Both the position numbers and the translations under genes were made by a program. 64,000 nucleotides of DNA from a virus: IMG/VR virus record IMGVR_UViG_3300037755_000598, positions 8,801-72,800 of that record; one strand, written 5' to 3'. Below, in pieces: positions 14,675 through 25,448 of the stretch. The notes below the pieces were generated by a model that made no database searches, had not been told where the DNA came from, and saw only the letters and a list, made by a program, of their open reading frames with translations. Position 1 is the stretch's first letter. Each line of letters opens with the position of its first letter.

Positions 14675-17233
14675 ATGGCTGAAGAAATTGAGGCCGGCTC
14701 CGTCATGGAGCTGGCAGGGAACCCCGTTGCCGCCGATACCGAAGACACCGACGATGGTGGCGCTATCGTCACGATGGCGCAGGATCGGGAGGTTGCTGAA
14801 GAGGAAGGTTTCTACAGAAACATCGCGGACGACATTGACCAGAATGAGCTGAACGCGCTGTGCATGGAGCTGTTACAGAAGATTGACTACGACAAAGATT
14901 GCCGGAAGAAACGGGACAAGCAATATGAAGAGGGGCTGCGGCGCACGGGGCTTGGTGAGGATGCGCCTGGTGGCGCGAATTTTCAGGGCGCGTCGCGGGT
15001 GGTCCATCCGCTCCTCACGGAAGCGTGCGTGGATTTCTCGTCACGCGCTATCCGCGAGCTGTTCCCTGCGGACGGCCCGGCGCGCGATTACATCCCCGGC
15101 GAAGCCACCAAAGCGCGCGTAGCCAAGGCTGAGCGCAAAACAAAATACCTCAACTGGCAGTGCAAGCAGCAGATGCCGGAGTTTCGCTCCGAGCTTGAGC
15201 AACTGCTGACACAGACCCCGCTCGCAGGCGTGGGCTACCTGCGTATCGTCTATGACGCGCAGAAAAAGCGTCCGGTGCCGAGCTTCGTCCCTGTCGATGA
15301 CGTGTATCTGCCGTATGCAGCGAGCAGCTTCTACACCGCCGAACGCACGACTTACGTCGAATACATCACGGAGTATGAATTCGACAAGCGTGTTAACGAA
15401 GGAATCTATCGCGACATCGACCTGAAGCCTCCGGCTATGGCGCCGGAAATCTCAAAGCCCGAGAAGGCCAATCAGAAAATCGAGGGCAAGGAAGAAGAGA
15501 TTTATAACTCCGATGGCCTGCGTGCCATGTACGAAGTGATGGTGTACGCGGAGCTGGAAGACGACGAGGGCATGGGGCCGTACCGCATCAGCATCGACCC
15601 CAACAGCAAGGCCGTGACGGCCGTCGTTCGCAACTGGGAACAGACGGACGAGACGAAGCAGTGCATGTTCTGGATGAGCGAATGGCCCTTCGTTCCGTGG
15701 CGCGGAGGCTCCATCGGCCTCGCGCACATGATTGGCTCGCTTGCGGGCGCGGCGACCGGCGCCCTGCGTGCGCTGCTCGACACCGCGCACATCAACAACA
15801 TTCCCACGCTGCTGAAGCTTAAGGGCACAAACTTCAGCGGCCAGTCCCTTGAGCTGCAAGTAACCCAGGTGACGGAGGTTGAGGGGGGCATCGCCACGGA
15901 CGACATCCGAAAGCTGCTGATGCCGGTGCCGTTCAATCCGCCCTCCGCCACCCTCTTCTCACTGCTCGGATTTTGCGTGGACGCCGGCAAGGGCGTTATC
16001 CAGACGACGTTTGAGAAGTTCAGCGAATCTTCCAACGCGAATATGCCGGTGGGCACGACACTCGCGCTCATCGAGCAGGGGATGAAGGTGTTCAGCGCCA
16101 TCCATGCCCGCCTGCACGAAGCAATGGCGCGCACGCTTGGCATCCTCCACCGCATCAATCGCATGTATCTCGTGGACAACCAGGTACGCAACGAAACCGG
16201 GGAGCTGATGGCGCGCCGGGCAGACTTCGATGGCCCGCTCGATGTCATCCCGGTGAGCGACCCGGAAATCTTCAGCGACGTACAGCGTTTCGCTCAGATG
16301 CAGATTGTTGCGCAGCGCGCGCAAATGAACCCGCTGTATGACCAGCGCAAAGTCGAGCTGATGATTCTGGAGCAGACGCGCATTCCGGATGCGGAAAGCC
16401 TGCTGGTCCCCGCTCCGACCGCCGAGCCCATGAACGCGGTGAATGAGAACCTTGCGATGACCTACGGGCGCCCGGTCGCCGCATTCCCGGATCAGGATCA
16501 CCTTGCCCACATTCAGGTGCTGCTCGACTTCATGACTTCTCCGGTGCTCGGCATGCTGCCGGTGATCGCACCGACCTACCTGCCCGCCGCGCTTCAGCAT
16601 CTCAAGGAGCACGTATCCCTCTGGTACGTGAATCAGATTTACGAAACCGTCTCGGGAGATGCAGGCCAGGACCTGGGTGCCCTCATGAAGTTTCGCGATC
16701 CGCAGACGCGCAAGGATTTGGACAAGACGCTTGCCGCCGCTTCGTCGGAGGTGGCTGCCGTGGCTCCACGCACGTTCGCGGCGCTGCCGGCGATCCTTCA
16801 GCGTGCACAACAGGTGCTGGAGGCTTTCAGCCCTCCGACTCCGCAGGACCCCGCCTCTCAGGCCAAGGTCGCAACGGCGGAGATCGCCGCGAAGAGCAAG
16901 CGCGAGCAGATTCAGGCTCGCTCCGCCGAAGTGCAGGCGAAGCTCGCCGGGGACGCTCAGCGTAGCGCTCAGCAATCGCAGAGCGATGCGCAACGCGATG
17001 CCATGAAGGCAGCGGCGGACACTGAGCGGCAGGAGAAGATGCAGCAGCAGCTCACGATGCGGCAGGCATCGCAGGACCAGAGCGAAATGCAGCGCGTGCA
17101 GGTTGAACAAGCCTCACGCGAGCGCATGAACACGGCGGACAACGTGACCGCCCTCACCATTGCGGAGGCGGAAACGCTCTCCGACAACAAGGCTGCCGTG
17201 GAAACCGGCACCGGCATTAATCCCACTCCATGA
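14675..17233 (+). CDS. portal protein (P22/BPP-1-like podovirus type)
   Basis: 852 aa after TerL; HPLL.EA..F, SDP.IFS..QR motifs; Q/A-rich C-terminal coiled coil. Confidence 0.9.
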   Translation: MAEEIEAGSVMELAGNPVAADTEDTDDGGAIVTMAQDREVAEEEGFYRNIADDIDQNELNALCMELLQKIDYDKDCRKKRDKQYEEGLRRTGLGEDAPGGANFQGASRVVHPLLTEACVDFSSRAIRELFPADGPARDYIPGEATKARVAKAERKTKYLNWQCKQQMPEFRSELEQLLTQTPLAGVGYLRIVYDAQKKRPVPSFVPVDDVYLPYAASSFYTAERTTYVEYITEYEFDKRVNEGIYRDIDLKPPAMAPEISKPEKANQKIEGKEEEIYNSDGLRAMYEVMVYAELEDDEGMGPYRISIDPNSKAVTAVVRNWEQTDETKQCMFWMSEWPFVPWRGGSIGLAHMIGSLAGAATGALRALLDTAHINNIPTLLKLKGTNFSGQSLELQVTQVTEVEGGIATDDIRKLLMPVPFNPPSATLFSLLGFCVDAGKGVIQTTFEKFSESSNANMPVGTTLALIEQGMKVFSAIHARLHEAMARTLGILHRINRMYLVDNQVRNETGELMARRADFDGPLDVIPVSDPEIFSDVQRFAQMQIVAQRAQMNPLYDQRKVELMILEQTRIPDAESLLVPAPTAEPMNAVNENLAMTYGRPVAAFPDQDHLAHIQVLLDFMTSPVLGMLPVIAPTYLPAALQHLKEHVSLWYVNQIYETVSGDAGQDLGALMKFRDPQTRKDLDKTLAAASSEVAAVAPRTFAALPAILQRAQQVLEAFSPPTPQDPASQAKVATAEIAAKSKREQIQARSAEVQAKLAGDAQRSAQQSQSDAQRDAMKAAADTERQEKMQQQLTMRQASQDQSEMQRVQVEQASRERMNTADNVTALTIAEAETLSDNKAAVETGTGINPTP

Positions 17234-17242
17234 AGGTAAATT

Positions 17243-17656
17243 ATGAAGCCCGCTGATTTTTGGGAACGCCACGCGTTCAAATTGATTGGAATTGCATTGA
17301 TTGCGCTCGTGGCCATTTTTGCGGTTCGCATTGCCTATGCCGCCGGCCCCACCGCCACTCTCACGTGGACGCACCCTGTGGCGTTCACCGATAGCTCAGC
17401 GCTCGCCCTGAGTGAAATCAAAGAGACGGTCATTACGTGGCGCCGTCCGAACAGCACCGTGATTGTCGGCAGCGTGCGGGTTCCGGCTCCTGCAACCACA
17501 AGAGTTGTCTCGGGCCTCGCATGTGGTAGTTTCAACTTCACCGCGCAGGCCGTCGTGAAGACGAATGACATTCAGTCGGATGAATCCCCGACGGTGCTAT
17601 ACACCACGGGGGTACAGTGCGCGCCAAACCCTCCGACGGGCCTGGCGGCAAGTTAA
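17243..17656 (+). CDS. secreted/membrane-anchored protein with FN3-like domain
   Basis: N-terminal hydrophobic segment; ATLTW..P ... PNPPTGLA FN3-like pattern. Confidence 0.6.
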   Translation: MKPADFWERHAFKLIGIALIALVAIFAVRIAYAAGPTATLTWTHPVAFTDSSALALSEIKETVITWRRPNSTVIVGSVRVPAPATTRVVSGLACGSFNFTAQAVVKTNDIQSDESPTVLYTTGVQCAPNPPTGLAAS

Positions 17657-17709
17657 GCCTCTGGGCCAGATTCCTGAACTGGTTGCGTTCACTCTTCTGA
17701 GGAAATCAT

Positions 17710-17835
17710 ATGGAGCCACTGCGTCAGCACTACATGCTTGCCACCGGCAAGGGCCTTCAGAAACCACCTGATCCGAATCCGAAACCGGGCACCGTTCGCG
17801 CGGGAACATCCACCGCCCGGCCGCCGAAGAAATAA
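17710..17835 (+). CDS. 41-aa basic protein (not in ORF track)
   Basis: GAGGA RBS; MEPLRQHYMLATGKG..., usual position before GroES-like gene in this phage type. Confidence 0.5.
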   Translation: MEPLRQHYMLATGKGLQKPPDPNPKPGTVRAGTSTARPPKK

Positions 17836-17929
17836 AGGTTTCGCACCCCGGCATGTCCGCACGGTTTCCTCGTTCCCGTGGGATGAATCCCAACCACGCA
17901 TCCCCTTGCCGGGTGTTGCGAAGATTGAC

Positions 17930-18154
17930 GTGTCCAAACGTTCACACGTAAGTTCTGTCATTGACGGTGTATTAGGTGAGTTGAAAACACGTCAAGCTCA
18001 GTTGGCCCGCGCTGCTCTGACAGTGCCAGCCGACAGAACAGAGTTTGAATACGGTCGCGTCTGCGGCCGGTTCCAGACTTATGAAGAGCTTGGTGCCCTC
18101 ATCGAGCACTATCTCAACGAGAGCGACCCATCGGGACGCCACGAAGAGAGCTGA
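17930..18154 (+). CDS. small conserved head-module protein
   Basis: L..P....EYGRVCG pattern upstream of co-chaperonin; start uncertain. Confidence 0.55.
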   Translation: MSKRSHVSSVIDGVLGELKTRQAQLARAALTVPADRTEFEYGRVCGRFQTYEELGALIEHYLNESDPSGRHEES

Positions 18155-18262
18155 TCCCTAGCCCCTGATTTGCGCACGGCCCACGTCGTATGCCCTCGCT
18201 TGTGGAGGACACACGCGTACGCATGTCAGGCGTTTGGACGCTTTTGCGGATGACTCTAACCC

Positions 18263-18700
18263 ATGAATGCGCAGGTTGCGCTCGCGCGACCGACCTTTGA
18301 TTACGCGTCCCTTGAGGATGCGTTCCCCCCCATTGACCCCGGACTCGTGCCTTACGGCTCGCGCGTCCTCGTGCAGGTTCGCCGCGCGAAGACCAAGACC
18401 GCGAGCGGCATCATCATTGCGCCGGAGGCGCGTGGTGTTGAGCAGGACCTGACGCAAATCGCGAAGGTGATCCGGCTCGGCCCCCTCGCCTTCAAGAATC
18501 GTGACCGCGCTGAGACGTGGCCCGAAGGTGCGTGGTGTAAGCCCGGCGACTTCGTGCGCGTCCCGCTTCACGCGCGCGAAAAGTGGGGCGTGCTGATTCC
18601 GAACACGTCCGATGAGTACGCAAAGTTCTGCGTCTTCGATGATCTGGACCTCATCGGCCACGTCACATGCGACCCACTCTCCGTGGTCGCATACATCTGA
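18263..18700 (+). CDS. groES: GroES-like co-chaperonin (Cpn10)
   Basis: P.GSRVLVQ...KTASGIII ... KVIRLGP ... WCKPGDFV ... DDLDLIG. Confidence 0.85.
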   Translation: MNAQVALARPTFDYASLEDAFPPIDPGLVPYGSRVLVQVRRAKTKTASGIIIAPEARGVEQDLTQIAKVIRLGPLAFKNRDRAETWPEGAWCKPGDFVRVPLHAREKWGVLIPNTSDEYAKFCVFDDLDLIGHVTCDPLSVVAYI

Positions 18701-18713
18701 GGAGGCATTGCCT

Positions 18714-19745
18714 GTGGGCGAAGCCGCAAAAAAAGACGACGAAGAGAAATTGATTCCGGTGGGTCCAGGCGCCGAAGGGCTGCCTGAGGCCGACAAGGAA
18801 GAGCCGAAGGTTCGATGGGAGTCCTCCGCCGATAAGGAGAAGGACGAAGACGAACCGGAAGATACGCGGCTTGCGCAGAAGGATGAGGACGCCGATGGCG
18901 AGCCTCATGGAGAGCGCAAGAAGGAGTCCGCCAAGCAGCGACGCGAGCGCGCCAAGAAAGCGCATGCACGCGACCGCCTTGAGCGCGACTTCTTCATGAA
19001 GCGCAATGAAGATTTGGAAAAGCGCCTGATGGCAGTTGAGGGCCGCACGGCTCAAACCGAGACGGCGGCAATCGATCAGCGCATCAACACCATCAACGCG
19101 CAGCTCTCCAACGCGGACCGCGTCATTGCGGACGCGCTGAAGAAGCCGAACGGCGGCGGCGCCGAAGAGTTTATCGAGGCGCAGCGGATTCGGGATCAGT
19201 TGCGGGATCAGCTCGTGGACCTGACCGCGTCGAAGAAGACGCATCAGCAGGCCACGCAGCACAGCCAGCGACGCGAGCCGGAAGGCGCGAAGCCTGATGC
19301 GCGCGTGATCCGCAATGCCCGCGAATGGGCCGGTCAGCATGACTGGTTTGATTTCAACGGCACGGATGAAGACAGCGTAATCGTGAAGGCGCTGGACGAA
19401 GCGGTAGCCGCCGAGGGCTTCGACCCGTCGAGCGACGACTACTGGGAAGAGCTGACCGCGCGCGTGAAGCGCCGGCTGCCAGAGAAGTTTAAGGGCGGTG
19501 CGCGTGAGCGCGCCGATGAGGACGACGACGACAGGGATGACGAAGACAAGCCGCGCCGGCAGGCGGGACCGAAATTCTCTTCCGGTGGGCGCGAGCGTCC
19601 GCTGAAGAAGGGTGAGGTTTACGTCTCGGCGGAGCGAAAGCAGGCGATGAAGGACTACGGAGTTTGGGAAGACCCCGTTTCCCGCAATCGAATGCTGAAG
19701 AAGTATGCCAAGTGGGACGCGGATATTGCCGCGACCAAGTCCTGA
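18714..19745 (+). CDS. capsid scaffolding-like protein
   Basis: GTG after GGAGG; acidic N-terminus, long coiled coil, upstream of capsid genes. Confidence 0.7.
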   Translation: MGEAAKKDDEEKLIPVGPGAEGLPEADKEEPKVRWESSADKEKDEDEPEDTRLAQKDEDADGEPHGERKKESAKQRRERAKKAHARDRLERDFFMKRNEDLEKRLMAVEGRTAQTETAAIDQRINTINAQLSNADRVIADALKKPNGGGAEEFIEAQRIRDQLRDQLVDLTASKKTHQQATQHSQRREPEGAKPDARVIRNAREWAGQHDWFDFNGTDEDSVIVKALDEAVAAEGFDPSSDDYWEELTARVKRRLPEKFKGGARERADEDDDDRDDEDKPRRQAGPKFSSGGRERPLKKGEVYVSAERKQAMKDYGVWEDPVSRNRMLKKYAKWDADIAATKS

Positions 19746-19767
19746 ACGGACAGACCGGAGAAGCGGT

Positions 19768-20331
19768 GTGACCACGACCCAACCGAATTTGGATTCGCGT
19801 CTCAAGCGGAGTGCAGCGGAAACGCGTGCTGATCGACGTTCGCAAGATCGTCCGGTGCGAGAAAACCGCGCGCTATCCGACTCAGAGCGGCGCGATGCCT
19901 ATCGGAAGGCGCTTTATCAGACCCATTTGCCGGATTTGCCTCCGATCAAAGGGTTTCACGTTTGCTGGTTGACGACGACCAATCCGAAGGACTCGATTCA
20001 GGGACGCCTGCGGCTCGGCTATGAGCTGATTAAGGCGGCTGAGATTCCGGGTTTTGAATACGCCAATGTGAAAACGGGCGAATACGTCGGATATGTCGGC
20101 ATCAACGAGATGTTGGCCGCGAAGCTTCCTCTGCAAGATTACGAAGACTTCATGACGATTTCCCACCACGAGCAGCCTCTTGAAGAAGAGGAAGCGATTT
20201 TGTCGGAAGTCATGAAGCAGCAGGAAGCAACAAACGGCCTCATCGGTAACGTGCAGCTCTACGGTGGCACCGCGCAACTGGGGAAAGGTCCCGCCCCTCC
20301 GCGATTTGCTGATGAGTTTGGCGAAACGTAA
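19768..20331 (+). CDS. conserved head-module protein
   Basis: position between scaffold and capsid genes; R...GYE.V/I motif. Confidence 0.65.
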   Translation: MTTTQPNLDSRLKRSAAETRADRRSQDRPVRENRALSDSERRDAYRKALYQTHLPDLPPIKGFHVCWLTTTNPKDSIQGRLRLGYELIKAAEIPGFEYANVKTGEYVGYVGINEMLAAKLPLQDYEDFMTISHHEQPLEEEEAILSEVMKQQEATNGLIGNVQLYGGTAQLGKGPAPPRFADEFGET

Positions 20332-20375
20332 AGAGGACGCGGGAGAACGCATGACCAGCTTGTGGGGTTCTCTCA

Positions 20376-20933
20376 ATGTCTACTGTCAATGCGCCTATGG
20401 GACTGGTGCCGATTTTCCATCCATCGGGCACCGTCACTCCAGTCGCCGGCACGGTACTGAACGGCTACACGTCGAACATCTTTCAGTACGCGCCGGTTCA
20501 GTATGAGGCCGGCAACGTTCAGCTAGCTGCGGCTGCCGCGCGCGCCATCGGTACGTTCCTTGGCGTGCAGTGGACTGACACGCGCGGCCGACGCCAATTC
20601 TCCAACTACTGGCCCGCGAGCACGAGCGGCACCGCCATCGTGTGCTGGATCACTACCGATCAGCTCACCGTCTACAAGATTCAGGGTGCCGCTGCCATCA
20701 ACCAGGATGACATCGGAGAGCAGGCGGACTGGAGCACCAACGACACCACGGCCGGCAATACCACGACGGGCCTGTCGAACGTGACCATCGGCACGCCGGC
20801 CGCGAGTGCGAACAACGGGCTTCGGATTATCGGCCTCACTGAGAGCGTCGATAACGCATGGGGTGATGCCTTCACCTGGGTAAACGTCCAAATCAGCGAG
20901 CACCAGAACGTCGCTGACATTGCGTCGTACTAA
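20376..20933 (+). CDS. capsid-associated (decoration/minor capsid) protein
   Basis: NAPMGL.P N-terminus, directly before MCP. Confidence 0.7.
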   Translation: MSTVNAPMGLVPIFHPSGTVTPVAGTVLNGYTSNIFQYAPVQYEAGNVQLAAAAARAIGTFLGVQWTDTRGRRQFSNYWPASTSGTAIVCWITTDQLTVYKIQGAAAINQDDIGEQADWSTNDTTAGNTTTGLSNVTIGTPAASANNGLRIIGLTESVDNAWGDAFTWVNVQISEHQNVADIASY

Positions 20934-20951
20934 TAAGGAGGCATACCGAAA

Positions 20952-21869
20952 ATGGCCGTGCCAATGCTCAGCACCGACTTCCGCTCAATCGTTGAGCCGA
21001 TTTTGTCGGATGCGTTTGATGGACTCTACGACCAGCGCGCCGATGAATGGCGCCAGGTGTTTAAGGAGCAGACCAACGTTCCCGCGCGCGCGTACCTTGA
21101 AGAGCCCGTGCTCTACGGGTTCGGCGTCGCCCCCCAGGTACCTGAGGGCACCAACTTCACGTACGACACTGGCGGTGTTCTCTACATTCAACGCTATGTG
21201 TATGCCGTCTACGGCCTGGCATTCGCGTTGACGAAAATTTTAATCGAGGATGGTGACCATATCCAGATTGGTACCACCTACGCCAAGCATCTGGCGCAGT
21301 CGATGATCGAGACTAAGGAAACGCTCTGCGCGAACATTCTCAATCGCGCTTTCAATGGCGCGTATCCTGGTGGCGACGGTGTGTCGCTCGTGTCTACGGC
21401 GCATCCGATCATCGGCGGCACGCTGAGCAATCAGCTCACGACGCCAGCGGCTCTGTCGCAAACCTCGCTTGAGCAGATGCTCATTCAGGTCCGGCAGGCA
21501 CAGGACTCGCGCGGCAAGAAGATTCGTCTGAACCCGTTGTCGCTCGTGGTTTCCCCGAGCAACGTGTTCCAGGCGGAAGTTCTGCTCAAGAGCGTGCTGC
21601 GCGCGGGCGCCGCCAACAACGACATCAACCCGGTGAAGAGCATGGGCCTGCTGTCGAAGGGACAGGCGAACCTCTCGCGTCTGACCTCCACCACGGCCTG
21701 GTGGATTCAGAACCAGGTGGAAGATGGATTGAAACTCGTCATGCGTCGGCGCCTTGAGCGCACGAGCGAGCCGAGCTTCAACACGGACTCCATGCGTTAC
21801 AAATCCTCGGAGCGGTATCTTCCTGGATACACCGACTGGCGTACCGTATACGGTACGGCGGGGGTGTGA
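20952..21869 (+). CDS. major capsid protein (HK97 fold, Mu gpT-like family)
   Basis: 305 aa; GFG.A....EG....YD, LS..SLE...I, N.L...TAWW, ERY..G.TDWR. Confidence 0.9.
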   Translation: MAVPMLSTDFRSIVEPILSDAFDGLYDQRADEWRQVFKEQTNVPARAYLEEPVLYGFGVAPQVPEGTNFTYDTGGVLYIQRYVYAVYGLAFALTKILIEDGDHIQIGTTYAKHLAQSMIETKETLCANILNRAFNGAYPGGDGVSLVSTAHPIIGGTLSNQLTTPAALSQTSLEQMLIQVRQAQDSRGKKIRLNPLSLVVSPSNVFQAEVLLKSVLRAGAANNDINPVKSMGLLSKGQANLSRLTSTTAWWIQNQVEDGLKLVMRRRLERTSEPSFNTDSMRYKSSERYLPGYTDWRTVYGTAGV

Positions 21870-21872
21870 ACC

Positions 21873-22844
21873 ATGGCTGCACCCTATAACAACTACACCG
21901 ACTTCCCGAACGGGGTTACCAGCATGGGTATCCCCGTCCTCGGGGGCGGTCCTGGAAAGTTCGTCACGGCGCCCTTCGGCCGTACGTGGTTCATCAATAC
22001 CAACACCTCCATTCCCATCTCCGGCTGGCAGGCGGGCAGTGACGGCTACAGCGGTTCGTCTCCTACGTCTGCATTCCAGACGATGGGGCGTGCCTTCCAG
22101 TCGGTGAACTCCGGTGACGTGATTAACTTCACCGGCAGGATCAACGAACAGCTCGTCACGCCTGTTCAGGTCTTTGATGTGTGGATCAACGGCTGCGGCA
22201 ATCTTCCGCGTCATGCGGATGCGGCGCCGCTCGGCGGCCAGTACGCGGCATCGCAATGGGCGCCGCCTGTTACTGGCGCCGTGGTGGGCCAGGCCACGGT
22301 GCGGGTGCTACAGCAGGGATGGCGATTCACGAACATCCTGTTCACGATGGAGAGTGCCACCGCAGCGGGTATTGAGCTTGTGCGGAATGCGGCGGCGGGT
22401 AATGCCGAGCGGGATGCTTCGCATGCGGCCATTCTCGGCTGTCGCTTCGCGGGTGCCGGCGTGGGTATTCGCAGCGGCGTCGCCGCGTTGTTCACGGAAA
22501 TCCCGAACGATGTCGAAGTCGGGTACTGCACGTTCAATGACAACACGACGGCAATCTCTGACGCCATCGGCACGAACGCGTGGCTCATCCACGATAACAA
22601 CTTCTACCGCAACACCAACGCCATCACGATGATGGCGACGAACCATACAATCAAAGGGAATGTGATTGGGTCGTTCACCACGAATGGAATCGTGCTCACT
22701 GGTGGAACCGGCCTGAATCAGGTCACGTGGAACACGCTGTCGGGGACCTACGGAACCGGCACGGGATATGTGGCCGCCAATGCCAATGACGATTGGTATG
22801 GCAATGCCGCCTCCACTGGCTTTACCTCCGCTGATCCTGCCTAA
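21873..22844 (+). CDS. virion protein with right-handed beta-helix (pectin-lyase-like) repeats
   Basis: TDFPNGVTS N-terminus; Asn-rich parallel beta-helix repeats. Confidence 0.65.
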   Translation: MAAPYNNYTDFPNGVTSMGIPVLGGGPGKFVTAPFGRTWFINTNTSIPISGWQAGSDGYSGSSPTSAFQTMGRAFQSVNSGDVINFTGRINEQLVTPVQVFDVWINGCGNLPRHADAAPLGGQYAASQWAPPVTGAVVGQATVRVLQQGWRFTNILFTMESATAAGIELVRNAAAGNAERDASHAAILGCRFAGAGVGIRSGVAALFTEIPNDVEVGYCTFNDNTTAISDAIGTNAWLIHDNNFYRNTNAITMMATNHTIKGNVIGSFTTNGIVLTGGTGLNQVTWNTLSGTYGTGTGYVAANANDDWYGNAASTGFTSADPA

Positions 22845-22889
22845 ACCGTAAGGCGCAGTCCGCAAAAGGGCTGCGCCTTTGAGGAACTC

Positions 22890-23522
22890 ATGCGCCCTAT
22901 CGTAATTACCCGCGCGCTCGTCGCTGCGGACCCTAATGGTATTGCCGAAGCACAGCAGACGGTTGGCGCGGCGGACCTCCTTCTCAACGGCATCCTGGTC
23001 GCGGCTGGCGTCGCCAATCTCGGCCAGCAACGCAAGGCGAGTTTGTTCTCTTCGGGGAACATCGCGGCGGTGATCTTCACCGTGTACGGCACGGATCAGC
23101 CTGGCAACACGATCACCGACACGGTCACCGGCATCAATAACACCACGGTCTCCACCCTCCTCGATTTCGTGACGGTGACGCGAATCGCCGCGAGCGCGAC
23201 GGTGGGAACCGACGTGATCGCAGGAACAACCGGCGTGGGCGCCTCTCAGCCGCTCCCGCTGGATATGTACCTGGACCCCTTCAACGTCTCCCTGTTTATC
23301 AATGTCACGGGCACGGTGGACGTGACGCTTGAATATACGGGCGACAACGACGTACTGACGAGCAGCGGTCCATTCCTTTGGTTCGCGCATACGGACCTGA
23401 CAGGCGTTTCGGCCGATGACGTGGGAACGATCATCTCCCCCGTCACTGCCGTGCGCCTGGTCACGAATTCCGGCACGGGCTCGGCTGAGCTGATTGTCCT
23501 TCAGTCCGGAGCAGCGCGATGA
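22890..23522 (+). CDS. virion structural protein
   Basis: beta-rich T/V/G composition within structural operon. Confidence 0.6.
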   Translation: MRPIVITRALVAADPNGIAEAQQTVGAADLLLNGILVAAGVANLGQQRKASLFSSGNIAAVIFTVYGTDQPGNTITDTVTGINNTTVSTLLDFVTVTRIAASATVGTDVIAGTTGVGASQPLPLDMYLDPFNVSLFINVTGTVDVTLEYTGDNDVLTSSGPFLWFAHTDLTGVSADDVGTIISPVTAVRLVTNSGTGSAELIVLQSGAAR

Positions 23523-24658
23523 GCGGCATCGAAGGCCCCGGCATTATCGGCGGCGGCGGTGGCGGCGTTCCCGTCACCGCTGAAGTCATCACCGTAGATG
23601 ACGAGACCGCAACGCTCCCGAACTCGCGGCAGTTGCTCCCCGGCACAAACATCACGCTCGATGACTCGACGCCCGGTGAGCTGACCATCAACACAACCGC
23701 GCAGGGAAGCACGGTGCCGGCGACGATTCAGGGCGACACCCTCTACGCATCTGCTGCCAACACGCTCACGGCGCTCGCGAAGGACGCGACCGCTACCCGT
23801 TACGTCGCGAACACCGGCACGGACAACAATCCTGCGTGGGCTCAGGTCAATCTTGCCAACGGCGTGACCGGCACGCTGCCCGTTGCGAACGGCGGCACTG
23901 GCGCGATTGCGATTGGCAACGACGGGCAACTGCTCGGCAATGTCGCGGGCATCGTCGGCGCAGTCAACATGAGTGTGAGCACGAACACACTTACGGTTGG
24001 CAGCGCGGCGACCGGCATCGTTACCGTGGATGCTCCGGCGACGACGACATCCGGCGGTCGTCAAATGACACTTCAAGGCGGTGTTGGGGGGTCCGTCTCA
24101 GGGACTGGCGGAAACATTATCGTCAATGGCGGTGTGCCTACTGATGGCGTGGGCGGGGGCATCGTTCTCAATCCCGCAAACGGCGTTGGTACGGATCGGG
24201 CTGGGGGTAATTTCCTCTCTACTGCCGGCCAGGGCATCGGCAGCGGAATCGGGGGAGCTGTTCAACTCGCCGCCGGGCGCGGCGCTACGGGGGCTGGCAC
24301 TGGTAGCGGTGGACCGGCCTCACTTGCAGGCGGCGCTGGCGGCGGTTCCGGGGGAAATGGGGGCACCGTTACCCTGTTTGCCGGCACCGTAACCGAAGGC
24401 AATGGGGGGAGCGTTGCTCTCACCGCACGGCCCGGCGTTGGCACGAACCGCAACGGCGGCGGCATCACGATGACGGTCGGAGCGGCAACGGGCTCCGGCA
24501 CGATTGGTTCGCTGACGTTCGTCGGGGCCACAGAGACCGGCGCGCAGACCGCGACATTCACTGCAACCAACAAACCCGGCTCCGGCACTACTGCGCCATC
24601 TCTTTGGCTGCGCGTCGTCGTGGGCGCGACCACGTATTACATGCCCATGTGGCAGTGA
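23519..24658 (+). CDS. Gly-rich tail fibre-like protein
   Basis: LPVANGGTG fibre motif, GG-rich repeats. Confidence 0.65.
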   Translation: MSGIEGPGIIGGGGGGVPVTAEVITVDDETATLPNSRQLLPGTNITLDDSTPGELTINTTAQGSTVPATIQGDTLYASAANTLTALAKDATATRYVANTGTDNNPAWAQVNLANGVTGTLPVANGGTGAIAIGNDGQLLGNVAGIVGAVNMSVSTNTLTVGSAATGIVTVDAPATTTSGGRQMTLQGGVGGSVSGTGGNIIVNGGVPTDGVGGGIVLNPANGVGTDRAGGNFLSTAGQGIGSGIGGAVQLAAGRGATGAGTGSGGPASLAGGAGGGSGGNGGTVTLFAGTVTEGNGGSVALTARPGVGTNRNGGGITMTVGAATGSGTIGSLTFVGATETGAQTATFTATNKPGSGTTAPSLWLRVVVGATTYYMPMWQ

Positions 24659-24665
24659 GGACATC

Positions 24666-25346
24666 ATGAAGGGCTTCAGACCGACAGGCTACGGCCCGAG
24701 CGCGGGCTTCAAATTTCCCGCGAGCATGGGCTTCACGGGCTCCACGGGGAGCGTGACAAACGTGCAGCCCTACGTACGTCGCAAGGCGTTCGCGAATGGG
24801 GGCTTCGTGCGGCAGGACACTCCGCGCATGAAGTCCGCGATGGTGGGGGACTCCGGGAGTGCCATGGTTCGCCGTGCTCATTGCACGAACGAACTCGATG
24901 AAGTCTCCGGCGGTAAGACGCCGATCCGCCCTGGGTTCAAGAAAGGTGGTTATACCGGCGGCGGCGCGCTCGGCGCCGAAGGCGCGGGCATGCCGGGCGC
25001 CCTCTCCAACCAGGATCGCAATTACCTGAAGAACATGGCGGCGGCGAATGCGAAGAGGAAGGCGAGCCCAGGCGCAATCAAAGGGAAATTCGCCGCAGCT
25101 CACGGCGGCAAGATGCGCAAGGCCGATGGCGGAAAAGTTGAAAAGCCGAAGTACATGGATGCGGTGAAGGATCGCGTGAAGGATTTGCTCGGAGTTGGCC
25201 CATCCAGCACAGGCATGGCCAAGAAGGCGGCAGACAAACTGGAAGGCCGCAACAAACAGATTGACGATGCCGTCACTGAGATGGAAACGGGCCGCAAGCC
25301 ACGCGATTACGCACGCGGCGGCAAAGCCCGCATGACCAAATGCTGA
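24666..25346 (+). CDS. basic protein with repeated [FYA]xxGG motifs (probable internal virion protein)
   Basis: FANGG, FKKGG, AAHGG, KADGG, YARGG. Confidence 0.65.
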   Translation: MKGFRPTGYGPSAGFKFPASMGFTGSTGSVTNVQPYVRRKAFANGGFVRQDTPRMKSAMVGDSGSAMVRRAHCTNELDEVSGGKTPIRPGFKKGGYTGGGALGAEGAGMPGALSNQDRNYLKNMAAANAKRKASPGAIKGKFAAAHGGKMRKADGGKVEKPKYMDAVKDRVKDLLGVGPSSTGMAKKAADKLEGRNKQIDDAVTEMETGRKPRDYARGGKARMTKC

Positions 25347-25448
25347 ATTGCCTGGCGTAGCAGATACGCACCCCGGCGTTGATGACCCTCCCCGCCGGGC
25401 TTGGGGCAGCGGACGCCCCTTCTTTAATTCACTGGAGCTTCCACTAAC

